Made by a program: the position numbers and the translations under genes. Positions 7,789-16,166 of a stretch of DNA of 35,093 nt are shown in pieces. Positions within the stretch are counted from its first letter, which is position 1. The number at the start of each line of letters is the position of its first letter. The notes under the pieces were generated by a model that was given only the letters and a program-made list of their open reading frames with translations, was not told the DNA's origin and made no database searches. The stretch lies in the IMG/VR virus record IMGVR_UViG_3300021478_000014, one strand, 5' to 3'. The DNA comes from a virus.

Positions 7789-9830
7789 TCACCCAGCGCG
7801 CATGTTATTAACTCAGAAAGGGCTTTCTCGTTTTCAGTAAATTGCCTATACCGTCTTTCGCTTGATTCAAAATGTTCAGCCCCGTCTTTAAATTCAGACC
7901 TCTTGGCTTTCTCTATTGAGGCTTCATCATACAAAACTTCTGGTTTCATTGAGACATCAACGGCAGATTTTTCTTTTGCTATACGTTCTTTATATTCGAT
8001 TCCAGTTTCTGCAAATTCTCTAGCGTTTGGGATGGATGATTCCACTCTGCTAGAAAGGTATCTTTTAACAGCATCAGGATCAGCAAGGCGTGCGGCGCTA
8101 GTGTCAACCATATCCAGAAATTTTTTAAGAACGTTATTAAGCCCTGCTTGCTTTGCATTAGTAGCCTCCATATGAATTCTATCGAGCAAAACTTGTGCAT
8201 GTGCGTCGACTTGTGACAAGTCCTCTAGCCTATAATATGCCGCCCTATTTTTAAAATCATCGATTAATTTGCCATCCGGCATCAATTTATCTTTGATATG
8301 TAGCAACTCTTCGCCTGGTTTGATTAACTTTATCTCTTTTAATGCATCTTTAAGCGCTAAGTGTTCCCCCCTTTCATGCATAGCTCGAAACTTTGTCGTA
8401 GATTTGCCTTCAATCATTTTAATTTCATGCGCTAATCTTAGTTTTAACATTACTTTATTTGGTATATGGTGAGGTATTTCTGAACGTGATAATTTTTTAC
8501 CATTGAGAGTTGAACTTTGATAATCCTTTAAATTTTTATACATATTATCTTGCGTTAATATATGCTCTCTTCCAATTCCCTTTGGTAGTTTCCTAGTTAA
8601 AGCCTCGTCAAATGCCCTTAAAGCTGCACTGTGCGCCTCAATTTTCAAACCTAAATTGTGTGTCATTCCACTCATAGCTTGAAACAAATTAGGGTTGTCT
8701 CGCATCGTAGCTATATAGCCGTCAAGCTCGTTATGTACAATGTAGCTAGATAGCAATTGGTTTTCTTCATCACTGAAATTTGTTATGTGCTGGTCGAACA
8801 ACGCGCTTTTTACATCCTGAACGCCCTGGTGGGTCAATACCTGGTTCCATACGCGACCCGTGACGCGATCGTATGGAATTTGCAACGCCTGCATTATCTT
8901 TAGCCCCCCTTGATGAACCTTCCCCATATCATTGGGGTTTTCAAGGTAGTCTAGATACCATTTATGCATTTCAGGGGATATTAAGCCCTCGTCTTCCGCT
9001 TGTTGCAAATGATGTTGCAACTCTGATACTTTGGCCTCGCGTTTTGCGACTTCTCCCGCTTTGATCTCGTTCTCTTTTAATGTGGCTTCATGAGCCACGT
9101 GCAGTCGCGTCATTTCTGCTTCATGCGCTACTTTAGCAATCCCCGCCTTTCTTCGGCTTATGACCCCACCAACGCCTTTAAAGGCTATATATCCAGCTGC
9201 CAAAGGTGCCGCACCCAATAAGAAACCATAGTTATCGGATCCCCAATCTTGTATCGCGTGGCTTACATCAAGAGAATTTTCAACGGCGTTGTAATGCTCT
9301 GCAAAATGCTCTGGTATGATCATCCCCTTGTATCCCAAATAACCCTCTGTGGCTCCTGCGGCCAATGTACCAATACTAATATTTGGCACAAAATGGCTTG
9401 CAGCTTCAGGGACAAGTTTGGATATTGGAACTTGAGTTGATAGATATCTAGCTAATGCGTTCTCACTAGCCAAATCAAGTGCTAGTTCCCTCGCCCCAAA
9501 TCCTATTGCTCCCGCAACGCCCGCACCAACGGCACCTCCCGCTAATAAGAATGGTGCCGTTGGAACTAAACCGCCTACAAGACTACTAATCTGGTTTGCT
9601 ACTATCTGGCCAAATCCTTGCCGTGGATCGTTTAGGGTTTCATTAATTGTAGAAAGTCTCGCTGCACTTTCACGCCGTGTTTGTTCAGTCGAGAGTCCAG
9701 GAAAAATATAATCACCAATCTGTCCTACTTGTTCGTAGGGTTTTCTAAAAGCTGCGGATGCCGTTTGACCAATACCAGGTTTAGGGGCAACATCATTAAA
9801 TAACTCTCCTTGCCTTTCCCCGCCTAGCAT
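7785..9830 (-). CDS. Internal virion / ejectosome protein with glycine-rich hydrophobic segments (681 aa)
   Basis: Called by position. Has predicted membrane-inserting stretches (LVGGLVPTAPFLLAGGAVGAGVAGAIGFG; FLLGAAPLAAGYIAFKGVGGVI). Confidence 0.5.
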   Translation of the reverse strand: MLGGERQGELFNDVAPKPGIGQTASAAFRKPYEQVGQIGDYIFPGLSTEQTRRESAARLSTINETLNDPRQGFGQIVANQISSLVGGLVPTAPFLLAGGAVGAGVAGAIGFGARELALDLASENALARYLSTQVPISKLVPEAASHFVPNISIGTLAAGATEGYLGYKGMIIPEHFAEHYNAVENSLDVSHAIQDWGSDNYGFLLGAAPLAAGYIAFKGVGGVISRRKAGIAKVAHEAEMTRLHVAHEATLKENEIKAGEVAKREAKVSELQHHLQQAEDEGLISPEMHKWYLDYLENPNDMGKVHQGGLKIMQALQIPYDRVTGRVWNQVLTHQGVQDVKSALFDQHITNFSDEENQLLSSYIVHNELDGYIATMRDNPNLFQAMSGMTHNLGLKIEAHSAALRAFDEALTRKLPKGIGREHILTQDNMYKNLKDYQSSTLNGKKLSRSEIPHHIPNKVMLKLRLAHEIKMIEGKSTTKFRAMHERGEHLALKDALKEIKLIKPGEELLHIKDKLMPDGKLIDDFKNRAAYYRLEDLSQVDAHAQVLLDRIHMEATNAKQAGLNNVLKKFLDMVDTSAARLADPDAVKRYLSSRVESSIPNAREFAETGIEYKERIAKEKSAVDVSMKPEVLYDEASIEKAKRSEFKDGAEHFESSERRYRQFTENEKALSELITCALGE

Positions 9831-12313
9831 TATTCAACATCCCATTTGTTAGCGTCTCCTGACCATCCCATGCGCTCATGCAATTGCTTGTCGTATTTAT
9901 CGGCTTCTTTTCGTGTCTTAAATATACCCATGTGCTGGCCAGTTTTTAAATAATGTTCTGTGGCATCTTTAGCACTTACCTCTTTGCCATTGATAATCGT
10001 GGGCAATAAAACAGTTTTTCCATCAAATTCGCGCATGATAGTCTTTACCGTTTCATACTGCCCTTTTTCGTTCCAAACTTTTGGCCTATTCTCTAAATCA
10101 ATGTTCCCTTCAGTCAATGGCCTAATAATATTAGGCTCTCCACGCATGTACCTTTTATTTGCTTGGGTCAATAGTAAATCAGGTCGTCTTACTTGTAATG
10201 GGTTTTGGTTCAAACTCAATTGCGGTTCAGCTTCCTTATAAACAGATTTATCTTGCTCTGCATATTGCCATACTGACTCACTAAATATTTTACTAAATGC
10301 AGGATGGCCATACTGGTCTTTTATATAAGTACCATCTGGGTTAACTACCATTATTCGGCCACCAGGCGAGCTAACTAATCTAGGTGGACTTTGGCTAAAT
10401 ATCGCATCAACCTGGGATTGGCTTTTATATTCAAGTAATGCCTTTTTCGTTTCATTAATTGCATGTGATGCCAATACTTGTATTTGATCATCATCCAATC
10501 GCACATCATTTGTGCTCACCACAAAATTAAATCCTGTCTTGACACCATAGGCCGTGTCCATGTTTTTTTGAAATGTATTCAAATAATCATTAACGTTTTT
10601 AAATTGATAATCGCTGTTTTTATCAGCTACTTGTTTTAGATACCTAACTGCCTGATCAACTTTTGAAGACTTCAGCTTTCCAGGATTGGGCTGCTGACCT
10701 AAATAAGTCATAATTGATGTTAATTTTGGTGCAATTAATTGCTCAAGTCTTTTATCAGAATATCCTTCTTTACTTGTATCCAATTGCAGAAATTTGTCCT
10801 GGCTATCTTTTTTCCCATCTTTCGCACCAAGATGATCTACTTGCTGTGAAGCAAATAAATCAACCATAAAACCACGATCAGCTTTCCCTGCTAAGTTCCC
10901 AATTTCCATTACGGTCAATGCTTGTCTAGGATTATCTTGAAAGGCATTCATCATATAGACGCGATTTTTAGGGTTAAAGGTTAAGATATTTTGTATAGCA
11001 CTATTAATGTCGCCGCCTTTTTCAAAGCCATTTTGAACCGCCGTTATATACTGATAAGGAATGGGTTGCCTTAAATAGTCTGGATAAAGCATCCCAATCC
11101 CCAACGCATCTACTTTGCTTACTAGATTATTGAGATTGTCATTTGTTCTAATATGCTTCTTATTTTCTGCTTGCTCTGCTGTGCCAAAGTTCACATCTTT
11201 GTCAATCGCAGTTTGTGTTTGCGCAAAATCCTGATATATTCTTGAGCCCTCAGGCGTTCCTGCTACAAAGTTTTGATAGTGGCCTGGTTGGTGGGCTTCA
11301 TTAATGAAGTTATTTAATCTGTTCTTGTAGCCTTCCTCAACGGAACTTCGCTTCTCTTTTTTCTTCAATACATCTAGCTTATGGTTTAGTTCAATCCAAG
11401 ACATACCACTGTTGATATCCCCTGTGGCCTTTGCTGCTCCCATCCCATAGTTTAAAACGTGGTCAAGGTCTGATGTTTTCTTAATCGATACTAAATCACG
11501 TGGAGAAATACGCTCGCCATTGGCAATCTTAGATTGAATGTCATTTATAGTTAGTTGTCCAAAATGATGATCTGAATTCATGGCCGTACTATGATCCATC
11601 GGCAAATGAGCATTGCTCATCGGAACCTGCCCTGGTTCCGTAGCGTGATAAGCACTTAAATCCGCAGCACTTAAAACGCCTTCCTTCATGCCTGAAACCA
11701 ATTCGTGAGCAAATTCTAGTTCTTTTGCGAACTGCTTATGAATGTTAGCGCCCTCAACTGCTGTGATAATTCCAGCATTTACTTGGCCTTGCAGCGCTGC
11801 ATACTGTGCATTGATTAATGCATCGGCTTTTGTTGGATCGGTAAACAAGTCCTTTCGAATAGATTGAAGCGTATCACCAAGAGATGATAAAGCTGCATAC
11901 TTGGCGCGCTCTCTTGATAGTGATATAGACTTCTCAGCAGCAGTTAACTTCAACCCTCTGACAGTACTATCAGACATGTCCTTGAGGCTTAACCTGTCAC
12001 CACGGTTTAATGATGCATCCCTTTGTATTTTACTGACTGTGTTTTCAGCGTTTTTCGCTATCGTCTCAGCGTTGCCTGGGTTCTTTAGTATCTCAATCTT
12101 GCTTTGGGCTTCTACGTCTTGCAACATCCCATGGGTTTGCAATAGGTTGGCTTTTGAGGCCTCAGATTCATATTCCGTGGCTTTTACAATGGTACGCTCT
12201 GCAATCTGACCAAAGGCTTGCGCCATGTTGTTATAACCAGTTGCCGCAGATCGTGAGGCCGGGGGGTTGATGATTGGGTTTGTTTCTTTATTTTGGACAA
12301 TTTCAGCGGCCAT
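9830..12313 (-). CDS. Internal virion / ejectosome protein (827 aa) with a distinct C-terminal ~100-aa domain
   Basis: Called by position. Single-nucleotide overlaps with both neighbours. The C-terminal module is GNIDLENRPKV...DGKTVLLPTIINGKEVSAKDATEHYLKTGQHMGIFKTRKEADKYDKQLHERM. Confidence 0.5.
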   Translation of the reverse strand: MAAEIVQNKETNPIINPPASRSAATGYNNMAQAFGQIAERTIVKATEYESEASKANLLQTHGMLQDVEAQSKIEILKNPGNAETIAKNAENTVSKIQRDASLNRGDRLSLKDMSDSTVRGLKLTAAEKSISLSRERAKYAALSSLGDTLQSIRKDLFTDPTKADALINAQYAALQGQVNAGIITAVEGANIHKQFAKELEFAHELVSGMKEGVLSAADLSAYHATEPGQVPMSNAHLPMDHSTAMNSDHHFGQLTINDIQSKIANGERISPRDLVSIKKTSDLDHVLNYGMGAAKATGDINSGMSWIELNHKLDVLKKKEKRSSVEEGYKNRLNNFINEAHQPGHYQNFVAGTPEGSRIYQDFAQTQTAIDKDVNFGTAEQAENKKHIRTNDNLNNLVSKVDALGIGMLYPDYLRQPIPYQYITAVQNGFEKGGDINSAIQNILTFNPKNRVYMMNAFQDNPRQALTVMEIGNLAGKADRGFMVDLFASQQVDHLGAKDGKKDSQDKFLQLDTSKEGYSDKRLEQLIAPKLTSIMTYLGQQPNPGKLKSSKVDQAVRYLKQVADKNSDYQFKNVNDYLNTFQKNMDTAYGVKTGFNFVVSTNDVRLDDDQIQVLASHAINETKKALLEYKSQSQVDAIFSQSPPRLVSSPGGRIMVVNPDGTYIKDQYGHPAFSKIFSESVWQYAEQDKSVYKEAEPQLSLNQNPLQVRRPDLLLTQANKRYMRGEPNIIRPLTEGNIDLENRPKVWNEKGQYETVKTIMREFDGKTVLLPTIINGKEVSAKDATEHYLKTGQHMGIFKTRKEADKYDKQLHERMGWSGDANKWDVE

Positions 12314-12789
12314 TATATGTCCTCAACCTGTGGCAATTTAGGCGTGCCGCCTCTTGTTGGTACCTTTTCCCCGAAACTTACGAGATTTAACGCAAGATTT
12401 GACGCATCACCGAACAATTGGGCATGTAATGTATTTTTTACGTTCTGCTTTTCAATGCTTATGCCCTGCTGAGCCAGTGATTCTTCGGTCTTTTGGTTGG
12501 CTTCTTTTCTTGCCCCAATATTTATTGTTTCTCTTTGTATCGCATTAAAGCTTGGGCTATCAAATGCCACACCACGGGTTGCCATCTGGGCTGCTTGTCG
12601 GCTTAACATCTTGTCAGTCAATTCTAAATTGGCCAAAGTCTTTTGTTGGTACTGTAAAGCACTTAATTGTGATTGCTGATTAAGTGCAGATAGGTTCGCC
12701 TCTTCCGCTTCTTTTTCAGCACTCATTTTGCCTACGGTTGCACCAACTGAAATTGCAGCAAGTGCAAAACCTGCGGTTTCTAATCCCAT
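12313..12789 (-). CDS. Small internal virion protein (T7 gp13/gp14-position), 158 aa
   Basis: N-terminal hydrophobic segment (GFALAAISVGATVG) followed by a coiled-coil-like Q/A/E-rich region. Lies directly downstream of tail tubular B. Confidence 0.45.
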   Translation of the reverse strand: MGLETAGFALAAISVGATVGKMSAEKEAEEANLSALNQQSQLSALQYQQKTLANLELTDKMLSRQAAQMATRGVAFDSPSFNAIQRETINIGARKEANQKTEESLAQQGISIEKQNVKNTLHAQLFGDASNLALNLVSFGEKVPTRGGTPKLPQVEDI

Positions 12790-12799
12790 ATTTGCCTCA

Positions 12800-14911
12800 T
12801 TAAATTACTGCCATATCTATTTGATACCCAATCGAGAGTATTTGTAAATCAAAAGGTGATGATTGTGTTATCACAATGGCCGCACCATCAAACCTATTAT
12901 ACCCTTCAACAGGTGAAAATATCGCCGTCCCTGTCATTGGCGTTAAAGGCAGTCCTATTTGTATATCCGTGAAGTTTTGATAGTTTACTAATATACCGTT
13001 AATTTGAAAGTCTAAGGATTGATAGTAATCAATGTAAATTCGCTCGATATGTTTTTTAAAGGGGGAACTTGTCGCGCTAAAATAGGGATACATTGGGATT
13101 ATTTCTACGTCATAAAGTAGTCCTATTTGAACACTACCCACAATAAGCAATGGGTTGTTCACGGTAATCTCACCTTCTACGACCAAATAATCGTTACCAA
13201 AATCTTGCCCTTGATAGACAACTTGCACAGTATATCCATCAAACCTATCAAGCCCCGTTACGAGACCATTAGCACTCATTACATAGGTTTGCTGGCTGTC
13301 AATGAATACGCCCGTGTCTAGGCTTTCAATAGTAAATTGTCCGGTCAATGCATAGTATTTTAAAATATAGACTATATTTTCTACACTCACAATATCAATC
13401 AATTGTACGTTGGGCTCAAACATAATTGGTGTGAGGGCTGCAAGCTTAATCTCTGTTGCAAATTGAAACGCAGTCAAACTATTGTCTGGGTTTTGCAGAT
13501 AAATAAAATTGTCTTGCGATGTGTCTGTCCCCCTTAATAGCGCCCTGTTGTTTGGGTTCTTCATGAGGTTCTGGCTTTGTGGTGCTATGTTTGTTGATGC
13601 ATAAGCCAATCCAACTCCAGTGAAGTGGAAATTTACTAATGATTTGCCTGTCTTTTGAACAAAATAGGAATCGTTCAAATAGGTTTGTGGCTTTAATAAT
13701 GTTGATGAGCCATAAGATGATTGCTGTCTGATTGAGAATGTTCCAGGTGTTAGGCCAACGTCTTCGTTTTGAGGGCACGCAAATTCGAAGTTAGAACAAT
13801 ATATTTCAAGCTGCTTGCCGCCATTAAGCCATAAAATTGGCCCCGAGCTAGTTTGCCCAATCGTGTAAATAATTGCATCAGTATCAAGCCCCGTTCCTAC
13901 GTCAAATGATATCGGCTGGTTTATTTTAGAACCAAATATTGTACCTGGCAACAAGGCTGTTTGTGCAAACCATAATCTATTTTGAAAGTATAATACTTTT
14001 GCCGGATACCCTAGGTTATATGGATTTCCGAGAGTTGATACCCAAGCAGGTTGTCGTATTGACCATTGGCTCCCGACTGTTGAATAGGTTGCAACGTTGA
14101 ATGCTATTTGAACAAGCACCGTAAACAATACGTTTGTTGTAATCTGTGAAACGCTCGTTATTATCCCATAGCCAATTGGTGACAAATCTGTAGTACCACC
14201 ACCAACAATCTGTCCCCCTACCCATGCATTCGTAAACAATGGAATTCCAGCCCCAAAGGGCATATTTGCGAACCCAATTGATAATGTTGAACCGCTTAAT
14301 CCTGTACCTACTAGGGTTACAATCGTATTGTTATAGTTTATCTGGCTAAAATCGAATGCAGGCAGCGGATAAATATCTAGGTATTCAAATGCAAAATGCA
14401 ATGGTTCATAGCTGTCTATGAAGATACGACCAGGTGGATAGTTTGGGGATGTTAAAATTAGCGTGTCATTGTCTTGCGTATAGTCTATTCCAAACAAATC
14501 AGCTTGCGTATAGTCAACAGGAATTGCTTGGAAAAAGGTTACATTTTCATTGTTGTAGACTACATTGTTGCCTTGATAATCTATGACAAAGTTGTCATTG
14601 TAATCGATTACAAATTCTTGTGAGTTTGGTGTAGTAAAGACATAAAAGAACTTGTCTCCTCCCATCACAATGTAATAGTTGCCATTCCTATCTATAAATT
14701 CATACATGGTTGAAGTAAATACAGCTTCACCTGTGACATTGTTTCTAAATGTTGTGCCTTTGCGTTTTTTGGATAATCCCGTTGTTCCTACTTCGGTATT
14801 TAAAAGGCTTTGCGCAGCAGTTAGGTACTCTGGGATGTCAGAACGCTTCCAGGTAATCTCGTCAACTTGACCCGCAAGAAAGCTTGTTTGACGTACCATC
14901 TCATTAGCCAT
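12800..14911 (-). CDS. Tail tubular protein B (nozzle, T7 gp12-like)
   Basis: The N-terminus (QTSFLAGQVDEI..KRSDIPEYLTAAQSLLN...GLSKKRKGT) parallels the T7 gp12 N-terminal pattern. Size and position agree. The ATG at 14911 has GGTGG 8 nt upstream, so the GTG at 14923 in the ORF track is less likely. Confidence 0.75.
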   Translation of the reverse strand: MANEMVRQTSFLAGQVDEITWKRSDIPEYLTAAQSLLNTEVGTTGLSKKRKGTTFRNNVTGEAVFTSTMYEFIDRNGNYYIVMGGDKFFYVFTTPNSQEFVIDYNDNFVIDYQGNNVVYNNENVTFFQAIPVDYTQADLFGIDYTQDNDTLILTSPNYPPGRIFIDSYEPLHFAFEYLDIYPLPAFDFSQINYNNTIVTLVGTGLSGSTLSIGFANMPFGAGIPLFTNAWVGGQIVGGGTTDLSPIGYGIITSVSQITTNVLFTVLVQIAFNVATYSTVGSQWSIRQPAWVSTLGNPYNLGYPAKVLYFQNRLWFAQTALLPGTIFGSKINQPISFDVGTGLDTDAIIYTIGQTSSGPILWLNGGKQLEIYCSNFEFACPQNEDVGLTPGTFSIRQQSSYGSSTLLKPQTYLNDSYFVQKTGKSLVNFHFTGVGLAYASTNIAPQSQNLMKNPNNRALLRGTDTSQDNFIYLQNPDNSLTAFQFATEIKLAALTPIMFEPNVQLIDIVSVENIVYILKYYALTGQFTIESLDTGVFIDSQQTYVMSANGLVTGLDRFDGYTVQVVYQGQDFGNDYLVVEGEITVNNPLLIVGSVQIGLLYDVEIIPMYPYFSATSSPFKKHIERIYIDYYQSLDFQINGILVNYQNFTDIQIGLPLTPMTGTAIFSPVEGYNRFDGAAIVITQSSPFDLQILSIGYQIDMAVI

Positions 14912-14984
14912 GCAACGAACCACCTTTTAATATAAGTATACTTGCACTAAAAGACCATTTTAGTGTGTTTTGCCAATTAATCGT

Positions 14985-15017
14985 ATGTTATTTTAATGTT
15001 ATTTTAGTGTTATTCTA
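14985..15017. repeat. Three tandem 11-bp repeats (atgttatttta x2, then gtgttattcta) in the intergenic region
   Basis: Read directly. The period of 11 bp is about one helical turn. Lies between the start of tail tubular B and the start of the divergent endonuclease gene. Confidence 0.85.
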
Positions 15018-15080
15018 TTAATACTTTATTTTATTTATTCGTAATGATAGAATAACTTTTTGCTCATTTATAATATAATT

Positions 15081-15554
15081 ATGGCTCAAACTCCCGCGCA
15101 ACGCCAAGCTAAATATAGACTCAACAATCCCGAAAAATGTATCGCTGCTAAAAAAAAATCTTGGTACAAAAATCATGATAAAAATATAACTCTGTCTCGC
15201 GAAAAGTATCAAAAAAACAAACTTTCTTATCAGGAAAACAATCTTAAAACTTATCATTCAAATAGGCTGCGTCAATCAAACACCCGCTTAAAACGACTTT
15301 TTGGTATGACATTAATTGAATATAATTTACTCAGTGAATATCAAAACAATTTATGTGCAATATGCAATAATCCCGAAACCATTCTTGATAACAAACAATT
15401 AGGTGTTCGTAAGCTTGCTGTTGATCATTGTCACATAACAAATACCAATCGCGGCCTATTATGTTTTAATTGCAACATTGGTCTTGGAAAATTTAAAGAC
15501 TCTATCCAAGAACTCGAAAAAGCTATTTTATACCTTAAAAAACATACATCATGA
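15081..15554 (+). CDS. Endonuclease VII-family (HNH-like) nuclease: homing endonuclease or junction resolvase
   Basis: LCAICN...LAVDHCHITNTNRGLLCFNCNIGLGKFKD is the recombination endonuclease VII signature. It is on the opposite strand to all neighbours. TATAAT (15069..15074) ends 7 nt before the ATG and there is no SD. Confidence 0.85.
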   Translation: MAQTPAQRQAKYRLNNPEKCIAAKKKSWYKNHDKNITLSREKYQKNKLSYQENNLKTYHSNRLRQSNTRLKRLFGMTLIEYNLLSEYQNNLCAICNNPETILDNKQLGVRKLAVDHCHITNTNRGLLCFNCNIGLGKFKDSIQELEKAILYLKKHTS

Positions 15555-16124
15555 CTAAACATAAGTCAATCTATCGAAGTCATTGTATGGTGTAGTTGAA
15601 ACTGATCGTTCCATATCATCTTGCGTGATTGCCTTAGCAATCATTATTTCATATTCTTTTTGTAAGTATGTGGTCAATTGAATGTTGTTAGTCAGCGTAG
15701 GGCTCAACTTTGCTGCTGCATATAATACCAGGGCTCGTGCAAACAAAGGCGTGTAGACTTCGGGTATCGCTTGGTTAACAATATAATAATAACCCACGGG
15801 CTTTACTTGGGCCAATAACAGGCCATCTGTGAACTGATAAATAGGCCATTGAGAACTTGTATATTGCCACTTAAAGAAGTGTCCGAAGTCACCAGGCAAT
15901 TGATATGTGTAATTGTAATCTGGCGAAAAATTGTTTGTTAAGGGCGTATTGTCAAAAATATATTTTGTAAGAAAAGACCAATTGTAAACCAGATACAGTT
16001 CTGCCTCTAGTTCGAAAATCTTTGCACTTGCTTGCTGTGCGTCTGGGCTTTCATTGATTGAAGCAACCGACAACCTGCCGAGCTCAGATAGCGTGCGATT
16101 TACCAATTGCAAATGAGTGGGCAT
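15555..16124 (-). CDS. Tail tubular protein A (adaptor/gatekeeper, T7 gp11-like)
   Basis: 189 aa. The N-terminus (LVNRTLSELGRLSVASINESPDAQQASAKIFE...YNWSF) is typical of podovirus gp11-type adaptors. Its position upstream of gp12 agrees. Confidence 0.6.
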   Translation of the reverse strand: MPTHLQLVNRTLSELGRLSVASINESPDAQQASAKIFELEAELYLVYNWSFLTKYIFDNTPLTNNFSPDYNYTYQLPGDFGHFFKWQYTSSQWPIYQFTDGLLLAQVKPVGYYYIVNQAIPEVYTPLFARALVLYAAAKLSPTLTNNIQLTTYLQKEYEIMIAKAITQDDMERSVSTTPYNDFDRLTYV

Positions 16125-16140
16125 TCTTTCACCTTGAGAT

Positions 16141-16162
16141 ATTGGGGGATTTCTCCCCCAAT
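16141..16162 (-). promoter_or_regulatory. Intercistronic stable hairpin with a GAAA tetraloop on the mRNA strand
   Basis: Perfect 9-bp stem attggggga / tcccccaat with a 4-nt loop (gaaa on the minus strand). Lies between the stop of the 475-aa gene and the SD of tail tubular A. No clear U-tract. Confidence 0.55.
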
Positions 16163-16166
16163 CTTA

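Noticed and set aside
7487-8175. Plus-strand ORFs 7452..7694, 7487..7840 and 7744..8175 (up to 143 aa)
   Set aside because: They are antisense to two translationally coupled internal-virion genes. Their Ser/Leu-rich composition is typical of antisense frames.
15018-15257. 79-aa minus-strand ORF overlapping the endonuclease VII gene start and its upstream region
   Set aside because: Its product is Phe/Ile-rich nonsense from an AT-rich region. It conflicts with the motif-supported endonuclease gene and has no SD.
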